A stretch of DNA of 64,000 nt from an uncultured Microthrixaceae bacterium (GTDB lineage Bacteria > Actinomycetota > Acidimicrobiia > Acidimicrobiales > VFJN01): assembly GCA_963806205.1 (NCBI GenBank), contig CAWDXF010000004.1, positions 202,109 through 266,108 of the forward strand, written 5' to 3'. Below the pieces are notes generated by a model, which ran no database searches, had not been told where the DNA came from, and saw only the letters and a list, made by a program, of their open reading frames with translations. Below are positions 1 to 9,688 of the stretch, piece after piece; position 1 is the stretch's first letter, and each line of letters opens with the position of its first letter. The translations under genes and the position numbers were made by a program.

Positions 1-28
1 CGATGCGGGTGATCACGCGGTCGGACAT
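1..28 (-). CDS. 5' end of an ORF running off the window (MSDRVITRI...)
   Basis: ATG at 28 on the minus strand, 17 bp after the stop of the upstream minus-strand gene; too short to assign. Confidence 0.35.
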
Positions 29-45
29 GGCGCTCAGTGTCGCAC

Positions 46-681
46 CTAGATGCCGAGCTTGGCGGACTCGAGGACGGCGATCGCCTCGGGATCGCCCGCG
101 AGGTCGACGACCGCGGCACTCTTGCGGCCCATCAGGTAGAGGACCAGCTCCAGTGGCTCACCCGTGACGGTCACCTCCGGCCCGTTGCCCACGGACACGG
201 CGTCGCCGGCCGGCGACACGAGTCGCACGGTCGCCTGCCGCCGGACCCGTCGGAGCTGGAGCGAGGCGCCGCGGCGCAGCAGCCCCCACAGCGCTGCCTG
301 GAGGTCGGGTCGGTCCGTCCGCGGGGCCATCCCGTTGGCCCGCCGCACGTCCTCGTGGTGCACCGCGTACTCGTTGAGGTTCAGGACCGTCCGGAGGCCC
401 GGCAGGGCGAAGGGGCCGAGGGGCGGGCCGTTGCGGACCCGCTCGACCAGCTCGTCGTACCCCGTGGCCAGCGCCCGCTCCGTGGCCCGCTGCATCAGCC
501 GGTCGAAGGGCCCCCCGAGCACGATCGCCGGCGCGGCCTGCGGGCTGCGCTCCCGCACCACGAGGTGCGCGGCGAGGTCGAGCGTGGCCCACCCCTCGCA
601 GAGCGTCGGCGCCTCGGGCCCGAGGTCACCGAACAGGTCGCACAGCTCCCGCCGCTCCCGGGCGTCGAGGGGTTCCGGCAC
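46..681 (-). CDS. TIGR03085-family metal-binding protein (maleylpyruvate isomerase/DinB-like N-domain)
   Basis: ERRELCD..GPEAPTLCEGW...DLAAHLVVRE and NLNEYAVHHEDVRRANG motifs. Confidence 0.85.
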   Translation of the reverse strand: MPEPLDARERRELCDLFGDLGPEAPTLCEGWATLDLAAHLVVRERSPQAAPAIVLGGPFDRLMQRATERALATGYDELVERVRNGPPLGPFALPGLRTVLNLNEYAVHHEDVRRANGMAPRTDRPDLQAALWGLLRRGASLQLRRVRRQATVRLVSPAGDAVSVGNGPEVTVTGEPLELVLYLMGRKSAAVVDLAGDPEAIAVLESAKLGI

Positions 682-701
682 GGCCGGTAGCGTAGGTCCC
701 C

Positions 702-1166
702 ATGCCCTCCGCCCCCGCCTTCGAGATCGAGCCCGACGCCACCTTCGAGGTCACGATCGCCACTGACAGGGGTGACATCGTGCTCGCGCTGGACGCCGCG
801 CTGGCCCCCGTCACCGTCAACAACTTCGTCGTGAACGCCCGCAAGGGGTTCTACGACGGGCTCACGTTCCACCGCGTCGTGCCCGACTTCGTGATCCAGG
901 GCGGCGATCCCGAGGGCACCGGGCGCGGCGGGCCGGGCTACAAGTTCGCCGACGAGCCCGTCCGGGGCGAGTACACCCTCGGGGCGGTGGCGATGGCGAA
1001 CGCCGGTCCCGACACCAACGGCAGCCAGTTCTTCATCTGCATCGACGACTGCACGCACAAGCTGCAGCCCCTGTACAACCTCTTCGGCCACGTGACCTCG
1101 GGCATCGAGGTCGCGCAGGCGATCGGGGTCGGCGACGTCATGCGGAGCGTGACTGTCGCGGGTTAG
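702..1166 (+). CDS. Cyclophilin-type peptidyl-prolyl cis-trans isomerase
   Basis: FYDGLTFHRVVPDFVIQGGDP, GGPGYKF, AMANAGPDTNGSQFFI. Confidence 0.95.
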   Translation: MPSAPAFEIEPDATFEVTIATDRGDIVLALDAALAPVTVNNFVVNARKGFYDGLTFHRVVPDFVIQGGDPEGTGRGGPGYKFADEPVRGEYTLGAVAMANAGPDTNGSQFFICIDDCTHKLQPLYNLFGHVTSGIEVAQAIGVGDVMRSVTVAG

Positions 1167-1966
1167 CCGTGGGTGAAGTCGGGCGGGCGCTTCTCCAGGA
1201 AGGCCGCGATCGCCTCGCGATGGTCGGCCGTGAACGAGGACACGATCTGGGTGCGGTTCTCGAGGTCGATGCCGGCCTGGAGGCTCCCGATCTCCAGCTG
1301 TGACCAAGCCACCTCCTTGGTCATCCGCACCCCCCACGGGCTGTTGGCCGCGATGAGCGCAGCCGTCTCGAGCGCCGCGTCGACGACCGTCCCCTCCGGC
1401 ACCACGCGGGTCACCAGCCCGATCTGGTCGGCCTCGGCGCTGTCGATGACCCGGCCGGTGAGCATGAGCTCCCAGGCCCGGGACGCGCCGATGAGGCGGG
1501 GCAGCAGCCAGCTCACGCCGATGTCGCACCCGGAGAGCCCGATGCGGACGAACGCCACGTTGAAGCGCGCCGACTCGCTCGCGAGTCGCACGTCGCTGGC
1601 CAGGGCGAGCGCCAGCCCACCACCGGCGGCCGGGCCGTTGACCGCGGCGATCACGGGCTGGTGGAGGCTGCGCAGCCGGGGCACCAGCGTGGCGATGTGC
1701 TGCTGGACCGCGAAGCCCGTGCCCACCACGCCCCGACCGTCGCCGTCAGGAGGGGTCCCGTAGCCGCCCAGGTCGAGCCCCGCGCAGAAGCCGCGCCCGG
1801 CCCCCGTGAGGACCACCACCCGGCAGTCGCGGTCGCGGGCCACCGCGTCGAGAGCACCGTGGAGCTCCTCGATCAGGGTCACATCCATCGCGTTGAGCTT
1901 CTCGGGCCGGTTCAGGGTCAGCAGGGTGACGCCCTCGGCGGGCTGGCTGGCGAGCACGGTCGACAT
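1163..1966 (-). CDS. Enoyl-CoA hydratase/isomerase family protein
   Basis: LNRPEKLNAM, FCAGLDL, PVIAAVNGPAAGGG, AFLEKRPPDF. Confidence 0.95.
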   Translation of the reverse strand: MSTVLASQPAEGVTLLTLNRPEKLNAMDVTLIEELHGALDAVARDRDCRVVVLTGAGRGFCAGLDLGGYGTPPDGDGRGVVGTGFAVQQHIATLVPRLRSLHQPVIAAVNGPAAGGGLALALASDVRLASESARFNVAFVRIGLSGCDIGVSWLLPRLIGASRAWELMLTGRVIDSAEADQIGLVTRVVPEGTVVDAALETAALIAANSPWGVRMTKEVAWSQLEIGSLQAGIDLENRTQIVSSFTADHREAIAAFLEKRPPDFTHG

Positions 1967-2008
1967 GGCGGTGAGCCTCGCGCGAACGCGGCACTAGGTT
2001 CCCCGGGG

Positions 2009-3646
2009 ATGCCCGTCACCGAGGTCGCGGAAGAGCTCAACCTGGCGCTGGTGCACGAGGCGATCGCGGCCGCGGTGCCGGACCGGGAGTGCATCGTCTG
2101 GCGCGACCGCCGCCTCACGTGGGCCGCGGTCACCGACCGCACCCGGCGCCTCGCCGCGGTGCTGGCCGACCACGACCTCGGCATCCACCGGGCCCGCGGC
2201 CCGCGCCGGGGATGGAGCTCCCCGCACGACCACGTGGCCCTGTACCTGCACAACGGCAACGAGTACCTCGAGGGCATGCTGGGCGCCGCCAAGGCCCGGT
2301 GCGCCGCCGTGAACGTGAACTACCGGTACGTCGCCGACGAGCTGCGCCACGTGCTGGCCGACAGCAAGGCCCGGGCGGTCGTGTACCACGCTGCCTTCGC
2401 CTCCACCCTGGCCGAGGTGGTGGACGACCTGCCCGACCTGCGGCTCCTCCTGCAGGTCGAGGACTCGTCCGGCGCCCCACTGCTGGACGGCGCCCTCCCG
2501 TACGAGACGGCCCTCGCGGCAGCCGTGCCCCAGGCGCCTGCTGGCCTGTCCCCGGACGACCTCTACATCCTCTACACGGGCGGCACCACCGGCCTGCCCA
2601 AGGGCGTGCTCTGGCGCCAGGCCGACTTCCTGGCCACCTGCCTCGGCATCGCCGACTCCACCGAGTCGCTGGTCGCCACGGCGAAGCGCTCCTCGCTGCG
2701 GGTCCTGGCGGCCCCGCCCTTCATGCACGGCGCCGCCCACTGGAACGTCGTGAGCGCGTGGTGTGCCGGCGGGACCGTCGTGATCCAGGACGTGCCCAGC
2801 CGCCTCGACCCGGACGACATCCTGCGCACAGTCGCGCGGGAGGCGGCCACCTCCGTCCTCATCGTCGGAGACGCCTTCGCCCGGCCCCTGGCCGATGCGC
2901 TCCGGGCCGGGCGGCACGACGTGGCCGGCCTCCGCTTCCTGCTCACCGGCGGGGCGGTGCTGTCGGCCGCGGTGAAGGAGGAGCTGCTCGCGCTCGTTCC
3001 CGGACTGCGGATCGTCGACGTGCTCGGCTCGTCCGAGACGGGCCGGCAGGGCGTGCACAGCTCGACCGCCGACACCGGCGCGAGCACCGGGACGTTCCGG
3101 CCCGAGCCCACCAGCGTCGTCCTGTCCGAGGACCGCACGCGCGTGCTCGAGCCCGGCGATCCCGAGCTCGGGTGGCTGGCCCAGGCCGGGCGCGTGCCGC
3201 TGGGCTACCTCGACGACCCCGACAAGTCCGAACGCACCTTCCCGACCGTCGCCGGGGTCCGGTACGCGGTGGCCGGTGACCGCGCTCGCGTGCTGGCCGA
3301 CGGCACGGTGGAGCTGCACGGCCGGGACTCCGTCACGATCAACACCGGCGGCGAGAAGGTCTTCGCGGAGGAGGTGGAGCAGGCGCTCAAGCGCCATCCC
3401 GGCGTGTTCGACGCGGTGGTGGTCGGGCGGGCCAGCGAGCGCTGGGGGCAGGAGGTCGTGGCGGTGGTGCAGCTGCGCCCAGAGGCCGCCGATGCCTCCG
3501 ACGACGAGCTCCGGGACGCAGCGGCGCCCCACCTGGCTCGCTACAAGCTCCCGAAGGGCTTCGTCCGGGTGCCGCGGATCGAGCGGAGCCCGAGCGGCAA
3601 GCCCGACTACCGCTGGGCTGCCACCGTGGCGGGCGGGCCGGGCTGA
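2009..3646 (+). CDS. Acyl-CoA synthetase (FadD19-like)
   Basis: AMP-binding YTGGTTGLPKG, GSSETG, INTGGEKVFAEEVE, RSPSGKPDY; start placed at ATG 2009. Confidence 0.92.
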   Translation: MPVTEVAEELNLALVHEAIAAAVPDRECIVWRDRRLTWAAVTDRTRRLAAVLADHDLGIHRARGPRRGWSSPHDHVALYLHNGNEYLEGMLGAAKARCAAVNVNYRYVADELRHVLADSKARAVVYHAAFASTLAEVVDDLPDLRLLLQVEDSSGAPLLDGALPYETALAAAVPQAPAGLSPDDLYILYTGGTTGLPKGVLWRQADFLATCLGIADSTESLVATAKRSSLRVLAAPPFMHGAAHWNVVSAWCAGGTVVIQDVPSRLDPDDILRTVAREAATSVLIVGDAFARPLADALRAGRHDVAGLRFLLTGGAVLSAAVKEELLALVPGLRIVDVLGSSETGRQGVHSSTADTGASTGTFRPEPTSVVLSEDRTRVLEPGDPELGWLAQAGRVPLGYLDDPDKSERTFPTVAGVRYAVAGDRARVLADGTVELHGRDSVTINTGGEKVFAEEVEQALKRHPGVFDAVVVGRASERWGQEVVAVVQLRPEAADASDDELRDAAAPHLARYKLPKGFVRVPRIERSPSGKPDYRWAATVAGGPG

Positions 3647-3689
3647 GGATGCCGGTCGCCGGGTGACCCGGGGCTAGCGTTCGCACGCC

Positions 3690-4583
3690 ATGCGGCGTGC
3701 CATCCGGGTCCCCTTCCCGATCGACATCGGGCGATCGCTCGGGCCGCTCCGCGTCGGTCGGCACGACCCGACGATCCGGCTCGGTGCGGACGCGGCCCTG
3801 CGCGCGACGCGCACGCCCGCCGGTCCCGCGACGCTGCGCGCGGACCACCGCGGCGACGTGCTCGAGGTGGAGGCGTGGGGACCGGGCGCCGAGTGGGCGC
3901 TGCACCAGGCTCCCGGCCTGCTCGGGTGCTGCGACGACCGCGCCGGGTTCGACCCGACCGAGGGGATCGTCGCGCAGCTGCACCGCGACGCAGACGGGCT
4001 GCGCCTGCCCCGCACCGGCCGAGTGATGGAGGCGTTGGTGCCCGCCGTGCTCGGCCAGCGCGTCACCGGCTTCGAAGCGCGCCGCTCCTACCACCAGCTC
4101 ATCGAGCGGTGGGGTGCACCCGCGCCCGGTCCGGGCGGCCTGCTGCTGCACCCCCTCCCCGAGCAGCTCGCGGAGATCCCGTACTACGAGCTGCACCTGG
4201 TCGGCATGGAGCGCCGCCGAGCGGACGCGCTCGAGCGCGTCGCCGCCCACGCGAGCCGCCTCGAGGAGGCCGGCAGCGGCTCGAGCGCCGAGCTGCGCGC
4301 CCGCCTCGAGTCGATCGCCGGCGTCGGCGTGTGGACCTCCGCCGAGGTGGCCCGGATCGCCCTCGGCGACCCCGACGCCGTGAGCGTCGGCGACTACCAC
4401 CTCAAGCACCTCGTCAGCTGGGCCCTCGCCGGGGAGCCCCGGGGCACCGACGCCCGGATGCTGGAGCTCCTGGAGCCGTACACCGGCCACCGGGGCCGAG
4501 TCTGCCGCCTCCTCGAGGCAGCCGGGCTGCGGGCCCCTCGCCGGGGCCCCCGCCGGCGGATCGAACCCCTCGCCCGCCGCTAG
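3690..4583 (+). CDS. DNA-3-methyladenine glycosylase II (AlkA/HhH-GPD) family protein
   Basis: EALVPAVLGQRVTG; HhH LESIAGVGVWT; DAVSVGDYHL. Confidence 0.88.
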   Translation: MRRAIRVPFPIDIGRSLGPLRVGRHDPTIRLGADAALRATRTPAGPATLRADHRGDVLEVEAWGPGAEWALHQAPGLLGCCDDRAGFDPTEGIVAQLHRDADGLRLPRTGRVMEALVPAVLGQRVTGFEARRSYHQLIERWGAPAPGPGGLLLHPLPEQLAEIPYYELHLVGMERRRADALERVAAHASRLEEAGSGSSAELRARLESIAGVGVWTSAEVARIALGDPDAVSVGDYHLKHLVSWALAGEPRGTDARMLELLEPYTGHRGRVCRLLEAAGLRAPRRGPRRRIEPLARR

Positions 4584-4584
4584 G

Positions 4585-4773
4585 TCAGTCGTCTTTGAGG
4601 GCGACGGCGTTGGGGGTCACGTGCAGGGCCGGCTCGTAGGCCGTGTCCCCGACGTCACGGGCCTCGCCCCGCAGCTGCGCCCGCAGGTCGTCCCGGCACG
4701 TGTCGCACGGGCCGTAGAACCTGACGTCAGCGGTGCCACCGCAGCGGGGGCAGATGATGGGCATCCGGGCCAT
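4585..4773 (-). CDS. Small Cys4 zinc-finger-like protein (~62 aa)
   Basis: MARMPIICPRCGG...FYGPCDTCRDDLR: two CxxC pairs; fills the gap between flanking genes. Confidence 0.7.
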   Translation of the reverse strand: MARMPIICPRCGGTADVRFYGPCDTCRDDLRAQLRGEARDVGDTAYEPALHVTPNAVALKDD

Positions 4774-4802
4774 CGTCGCGCGTTCCCTACAATCGACCCG
4801 CC

Positions 4803-6002
4803 ATGGTCCCCGCCGGTGCGCCCGCCAACGGACCGAGGTCGGCGGGCGGTCCGCTGCGCCACCTCGGCCACTTCCCCGAGCTCGACAGCCTCCGGGGCAT
4901 CGCACTCGTCTTCGTGCTGCTCGCGCACCTCTGGATCATCTGGCCCACCTGGACGTTCCACACCGTGTTCGCCGAAGGCGGCTTCGTGGGCGTCGACATG
5001 TTCTTCGTGCTGAGCGGCTTCCTCATCACGGCGCTCCTGCTCGAGGAGCAGGGCCACACCGGAACCGTCGACCTCCTGCGCTTCACGTACCGGCGCACGC
5101 TCCGCCTCTTCCCCGCGCTCTGGTTGCTGCTGCTCGCGCAGCTGACCTACGCCATCGCGTTCGACTACCCGCCCTTCGGTCGGAGCGACTGGGAGTGGAG
5201 CTCGCTGCGCGCGTCGTTCCTCTACTACATGAACTGGCACGCGCTCTGGCACCCGCTCGCGGCCGCCGACCTGACACCGATCTGGTCACTCTCGATCGAG
5301 GCCCAGTTCTACTTGGTGTGGCCGTTCGTCGTGCTCGGCGTGATCGGGCTGCAGCGCTCCCGCCGCGCCACCACCGGTCTGCTCGTCGCGACGCTCGTCG
5401 CCGTGTCGGTGTGGCGGCTCGTGCTGTTCGAGACGCACGGCTGGGAGGCCGCGTACCTCCGCTCGGACTCGCACATCGACGGGTTGCTGGTCGGCGCCCT
5501 CGTGGCCTGCGCATGGGTGCGCCGCTGGACGCCCGATCGCCTGCCGCGCTGGCTGCTCGTGCCCGCCGGCGCGCTCGTGGTCGCCCTCTTCACGCAGCTG
5601 AAGGCCGACGGCCGCTTCGCCTACGCAGGCGGCACCACCCTCGTCATCCTCGCCACGGGCTTGGCCGTGCTCGTGATGGCGACGACGCCCCGCACGCAGC
5701 TCGGCATCGTGGGCCGCACCACCGCGCTGCTGGGACGGGTGTCCTACGGCATCTACCTCTGGCACTTCCCGGTGCTCTGGGCGGTCACCCGCGAAGGGAC
5801 CGGGTGGAGCAACGAGCAGCGCCTGGCCGTGGTCGTCGGCATCACCACCGTGGGCGTGGTCGTGTCGCGCTTCCTCGTGGAGCTGCCCGCCCTGAGCGCC
5901 AAGCCGCCCCGCCCGGGGGAACCGGCGTCGCGCGTGCCGGGGGTCAGCCGCGGCCGCGGCGGCCGAGGGGACCCAGCACCCGCCACACCAGCGAGTCGTT
6001 GA
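4803..6002 (+). CDS. OafA/Acyl_transf_3 family membrane acyltransferase
   Basis: LDSLRGIA, GVDMFFVLSGFLIT, RRTLRLFP, WSLSIEAQFY, SYGIYLWHFP. Confidence 0.93.
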   Translation: MVPAGAPANGPRSAGGPLRHLGHFPELDSLRGIALVFVLLAHLWIIWPTWTFHTVFAEGGFVGVDMFFVLSGFLITALLLEEQGHTGTVDLLRFTYRRTLRLFPALWLLLLAQLTYAIAFDYPPFGRSDWEWSSLRASFLYYMNWHALWHPLAAADLTPIWSLSIEAQFYLVWPFVVLGVIGLQRSRRATTGLLVATLVAVSVWRLVLFETHGWEAAYLRSDSHIDGLLVGALVACAWVRRWTPDRLPRWLLVPAGALVVALFTQLKADGRFAYAGGTTLVILATGLAVLVMATTPRTQLGIVGRTTALLGRVSYGIYLWHFPVLWAVTREGTGWSNEQRLAVVVGITTVGVVVSRFLVELPALSAKPPRPGEPASRVPGVSRGRGGRGDPAPATPASR

Positions 6003-6786
6003 GCCGCAACCGCCGCTTCACGCGGTCGTAGGTGTGGAGCGCATGGGAGTCGAGGAAGATGCCGACGCGACGCAGCCCGTCCCCGGGACGGGCCCGATAG
6101 GTGGTGGAGCGGACGGGCACGCCGGTGTCGACGGTGAAGTAGTAGAGAGCGAGGGAGCGCCGGGCGACGTCCGGCGGGCAACGCAGTGGTTCGGGGTGAC
6201 CGTGGTACGCAGAGTCCGTGGTGTTGAAGATCACGAGTCGGTTGCCCCGGGGCTCGATCGACGTGACGCAGCGGGACATGTCGCCGGCCCAGAGCTCCAA
6301 GGCGCCGCCCCAGGCGGGGTCCCACCCGGGGTTGAGGTAGAGGAGCAGGTTGATGCGACGGTGCAGTGACGGGTCCTTGTGGTGCACGGTGAAGTCCGTG
6401 TGCACGTTCAGGAACCCGCCGCGCAGGCTGCGGTGCAGCCCGCTGCCGTCGAGGCTGGGGTCCGGGCGCAGGCCCTCGATCCCCGTCAGGCGCTCGAGGA
6501 AGCCGATGAACCGCTCACCGTTGAGCACCTCGGCCACCCCGCGCAGCGTCGGGCCCCAGTGGTCCTGGTCCCCGTTGGCGAACTTCCGCTCGTTGAGGTG
6601 CACGTAGGCGTGCCACGCATAGTCGGGCACCGCCTCGTGCTCCTTCGCCGCCAGCTCGGCAACCTCCGTGGTCAGCACGTCGTCGAGCACGACGTGCTCG
6701 AACGGCGCCGCCGCGAGGTACGCGCTCGCCAGCGCAGGCAGCTCGCGCTCGAGCCGGTCGAGGTCCAGCAACGTGGTGGTGGTCAC
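5944..6786 (-). CDS. 2OG-Fe(II) oxygenase (prolyl-hydroxylase-like, 2OG-FeII_Oxy_3)
   Basis: PFEHVVLDD, HxD (NVHTDF), distal His (AYHGHP), RRSLALYY. Confidence 0.9.
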   Translation of the reverse strand: MTTTTLLDLDRLERELPALASAYLAAAPFEHVVLDDVLTTEVAELAAKEHEAVPDYAWHAYVHLNERKFANGDQDHWGPTLRGVAEVLNGERFIGFLERLTGIEGLRPDPSLDGSGLHRSLRGGFLNVHTDFTVHHKDPSLHRRINLLLYLNPGWDPAWGGALELWAGDMSRCVTSIEPRGNRLVIFNTTDSAYHGHPEPLRCPPDVARRSLALYYFTVDTGVPVRSTTYRARPGDGLRRVGIFLDSHALHTYDRVKRRLRLNDSLVWRVLGPLGRRGRG

Positions 6787-6843
6787 CGTGCGGGGGCGAG
6801 GCGTGAGACCGGGGGCAAGAGGGCGAAGGCTATCGCCCCGTCA

Positions 6844-8928
6844 GTGGGGTCGACGAGCCGGCGGGTCTGGTTCCCGCGCGACGACATCCACCTCCTGAGG
6901 TTCGTCCGCACCGTCGTGGCCGCCGGGGTGGCCTCGTCGTTCGTGTACCTGCTGGTGCTCTGGGACTTCCGGCTGCACCCCCTCCGCTCCGCGCTCGGGC
7001 GCCGGGACTTCGCCGACTTCTACGACCTCCAGGGCCGGGCCCTGCTCAAGGGCCACCTGCACGTGCCCCGCGGGTCCCTCGGGATCGAGGGGTTCATCGA
7101 GCACGGACGGGAGTACATGTACTTCCCGCCGGGCCCGGCGCTGGCCCGCCTGCCCATCCTCCTCGTGACCCACTCCTTGGACGGGCGCCTCACGCGATCT
7201 CGATGCTCCTCGCGTGGGTGGCCACCGTCGTCCTGCTGTCCCTCACCGCGTGGCGGATCCGCCGGATCCTCCGCGGCAGGGCACCCCTCCCCCAGTGGGA
7301 GGCGGCCGCGTGGGGCTGCTTCGTCGCGGCGTTCTGCGTCGGCTCGGTGTGGCTCTACCTCGCCGCGATGCCGTGGGTGTACCACGAGGCGTACGCGTGG
7401 GCGATCGCCACCGGCCTCGCGTGCACCTTCACGCTCCTCGGCGTGATCGAACGGCCGACGGCCCGGCGGGCCGTCGCCTGCGGGGTCGCCCTTCTCTGCC
7501 GCGGTCCTCACCCGAGCGACCACCGGGTGGGCCTTCGGCCTCGCGATGCTCGCCACTGCGGCGTGGTTCCTCCTGGGCGGCCACGGGTTCCGGGCGCACC
7601 GCTTCGGGCGCCTGCTCCTGACCTGCGCCGCGCTCCCGCTGATGCTGGGGATCACCATCAACTGGGTGAAGTTCTCCCACCCGTACGAGTTCCGCCTGGA
7701 GGACCAGGTCTGGAGCAGCGTCAACCAGCACCGCCGCGACGCGCTCGAGGCCAACGGTGGCGACCTGGTGTCACTGAAGCTCCTGCCGTCCACCCTCGTG
7801 AACTACTTCCGGCCCGATGGCATCCGGCTCATCTCCATCCCGCCGTTCATCACCTTCCCGGCCAAGCCCGCGCACGAGTTCGGCCCGGGCTTCCTCGACC
7901 AGACCTACCGGACCGGGAGCGCCGTCCCGTTCATGCCCGGGCTCGTGGGCCTCAGCACCTGGGGGCTGGTCACCACGTTCCGACGCCGCGGGCCGGACCA
8001 GGCCCGGCTGCTGCGCATCCCGGTGCTCGGCGCCGGCGCGGTCTGCGGCGCCATCCTCATCTACGGCTACATCTCGTACCGCTACCTGGCCGAGCTCCTG
8101 CCGCTGTTCGCCATCGCGGGCGCGGTCGGCCTCGTCGACCTCGGGCACCTCTTCCTGCTCCGGCCCCCACGGCACCGCCAGGTCTTCCTCGCGGTGCTCG
8201 GGGCGCTCACCCTCTTCGCCGTGTGGGCCAACACCGCCGTAGCCGTGACCACGGAGAAGCTCGCCAACCCCGGGCCGTCGCTGGACCGGTACCTCGGCTT
8301 CCAGGAGCGCGTCAGCGACCTGCTCCCCGGCGACCCGCTGGTGGGCGTCACCACCCAGAGCGAGGACCTCCCCGACCGAGCGGAAGGCGAGCACCTCCAC
8401 ATCGTCGGGGACTGCGCGGCGCTGTTCGTCGGCCAGGGCGACGACAACTGGCCCTGGATCCCGGCCGAGGTGCGGACGCTCGCGTTCACGATCGTGCGGC
8501 CCGCCGCTCAGGGGCCGGGCACGGACCAGCCGGCGCCGCCGCGGCCCGGGCGCATCGAGCTCGCGCACCGCCTCGGCCGGCTCGGCGGCCTCAGCTTCGA
8601 GACCCGTGCCGATGGCGCCTTCCGCCTCGTCTACGAGAGCCCGGAGGACCTGGTGGTGAGCGACTGGTCGGGCATGTCCGCCACCGGAGTGCAGATCGTC
8701 GTGCTGGCGGACGTCGGCGAGGATCAGTACATCGTCACCGCCGACGGCTCTCCGATCCTGTTCCTGGAGCTCTCCTCCTTCGACGCCAGCTGGTTCCGCG
8801 TGCAGAACCTGCTCCTCCCCAGCCCGCAACGCACCGCGGGCGACGGCCGTCAGGACCTCACCGTCCGCATCGACGAGCTCCCCCCGCCCCCGCGCTGCCA
8901 GCGCCTCCTCGACAAGCTCCTCGACTGA
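6844..8928 (+). CDS. Large polytopic membrane protein, possibly a GT-C-type glycosyltransferase; split by two frameshifts (~7200, ~7500)
   Basis: Three consecutive hydrophobic segments in different frames (FADFYDLQGRALL..YMYFPPGPAL; MPWVYHEAYAW; YRYLAELLP); located beside ppm1. Confidence 0.65.
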
Positions 8929-8931
8929 CGG

Positions 8932-9687
8932 CTAGCGGGGTCGGCGACGCAGGAGGCGGTCCCGCAGGGCCCACCAGGTCACCGAGGTCATCGCCTCGGC
9001 GATGATCCGCCCGGACATCTTCGACGTGCCGCGCTCCCGATCGGCGAAGCGGATCGGCACCTCCACGATCGCCGCGCCGAGGCGCTGGGACGCGTACGCC
9101 ATCTCGACCTGGAACGCATAGCCGTTCGCCCGCGTCGACGCGAAGCCGAGGTCCCGGAGCAGCTCCGCCCGGTAGGCGCGGAACCCGGCGGTCACGTCGC
9201 GCACGCGCAATCCCAGCACCGTCCCCGCGTAGCGGTTCCCCCACCGTGACAGCAGGCGCCGGTGCAGGGGCCAGTCGGGGGTGGATCCGCCGGGCACGTA
9301 GCGAGAGCCGATCGCGAGGTCCGCGCCGTCGACCACCACCGCGAGGAGCCGGCCGAGGTCGTCGGGATCGTGCGACAGATCGGCGTCCATCTCCACGAGC
9401 ACGCCGTGGCCCGCCGCGAGGCCGAGGGCGAAGCCGTCGCGGTACGCGCCGCCGAGTCCGCCCTTGCCGGGCCGCCGCAGCACCTCGATGTCGCCGAGCT
9501 CCGCGGCGCACCGCTCGGCGAGGTCCGCGGTGCCGTCCGGGCTGGCGTCGTCCACCACGAGGACGGCGGCCTCCGGCACGGCGGCGCGGATCCGCCGCAG
9601 GACCACCTCGATGTTCTCCGCCTCTTGGTAGGTGGGGAGGACCACCAGGGGCCGGAGCGCGGCAGCGCCCGCGCCGGCTCCCGTCAC
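8932..9687 (-). CDS. ppm1: Polyprenol monophosphomannose synthase (GT2)
   Basis: LPTYQEAENI, VVDDASPDGT, EMDADLSH, GSRYVPGG, GYAFQVEM, DRERGTSKMS. Confidence 0.9.
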   Translation of the reverse strand: MTGAGAGAAALRPLVVLPTYQEAENIEVVLRRIRAAVPEAAVLVVDDASPDGTADLAERCAAELGDIEVLRRPGKGGLGGAYRDGFALGLAAGHGVLVEMDADLSHDPDDLGRLLAVVVDGADLAIGSRYVPGGSTPDWPLHRRLLSRWGNRYAGTVLGLRVRDVTAGFRAYRAELLRDLGFASTRANGYAFQVEMAYASQRLGAAIVEVPIRFADRERGTSKMSGRIIAEAMTSVTWWALRDRLLRRRPR

Positions 9688-9688
9688 C

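Noticed and set aside
5944..6002. 59-nt convergent overlap of the acyltransferase and oxygenase 3' ends
   Set aside because: Low-complexity tails in stop-poor GC-rich DNA; no evidence of function
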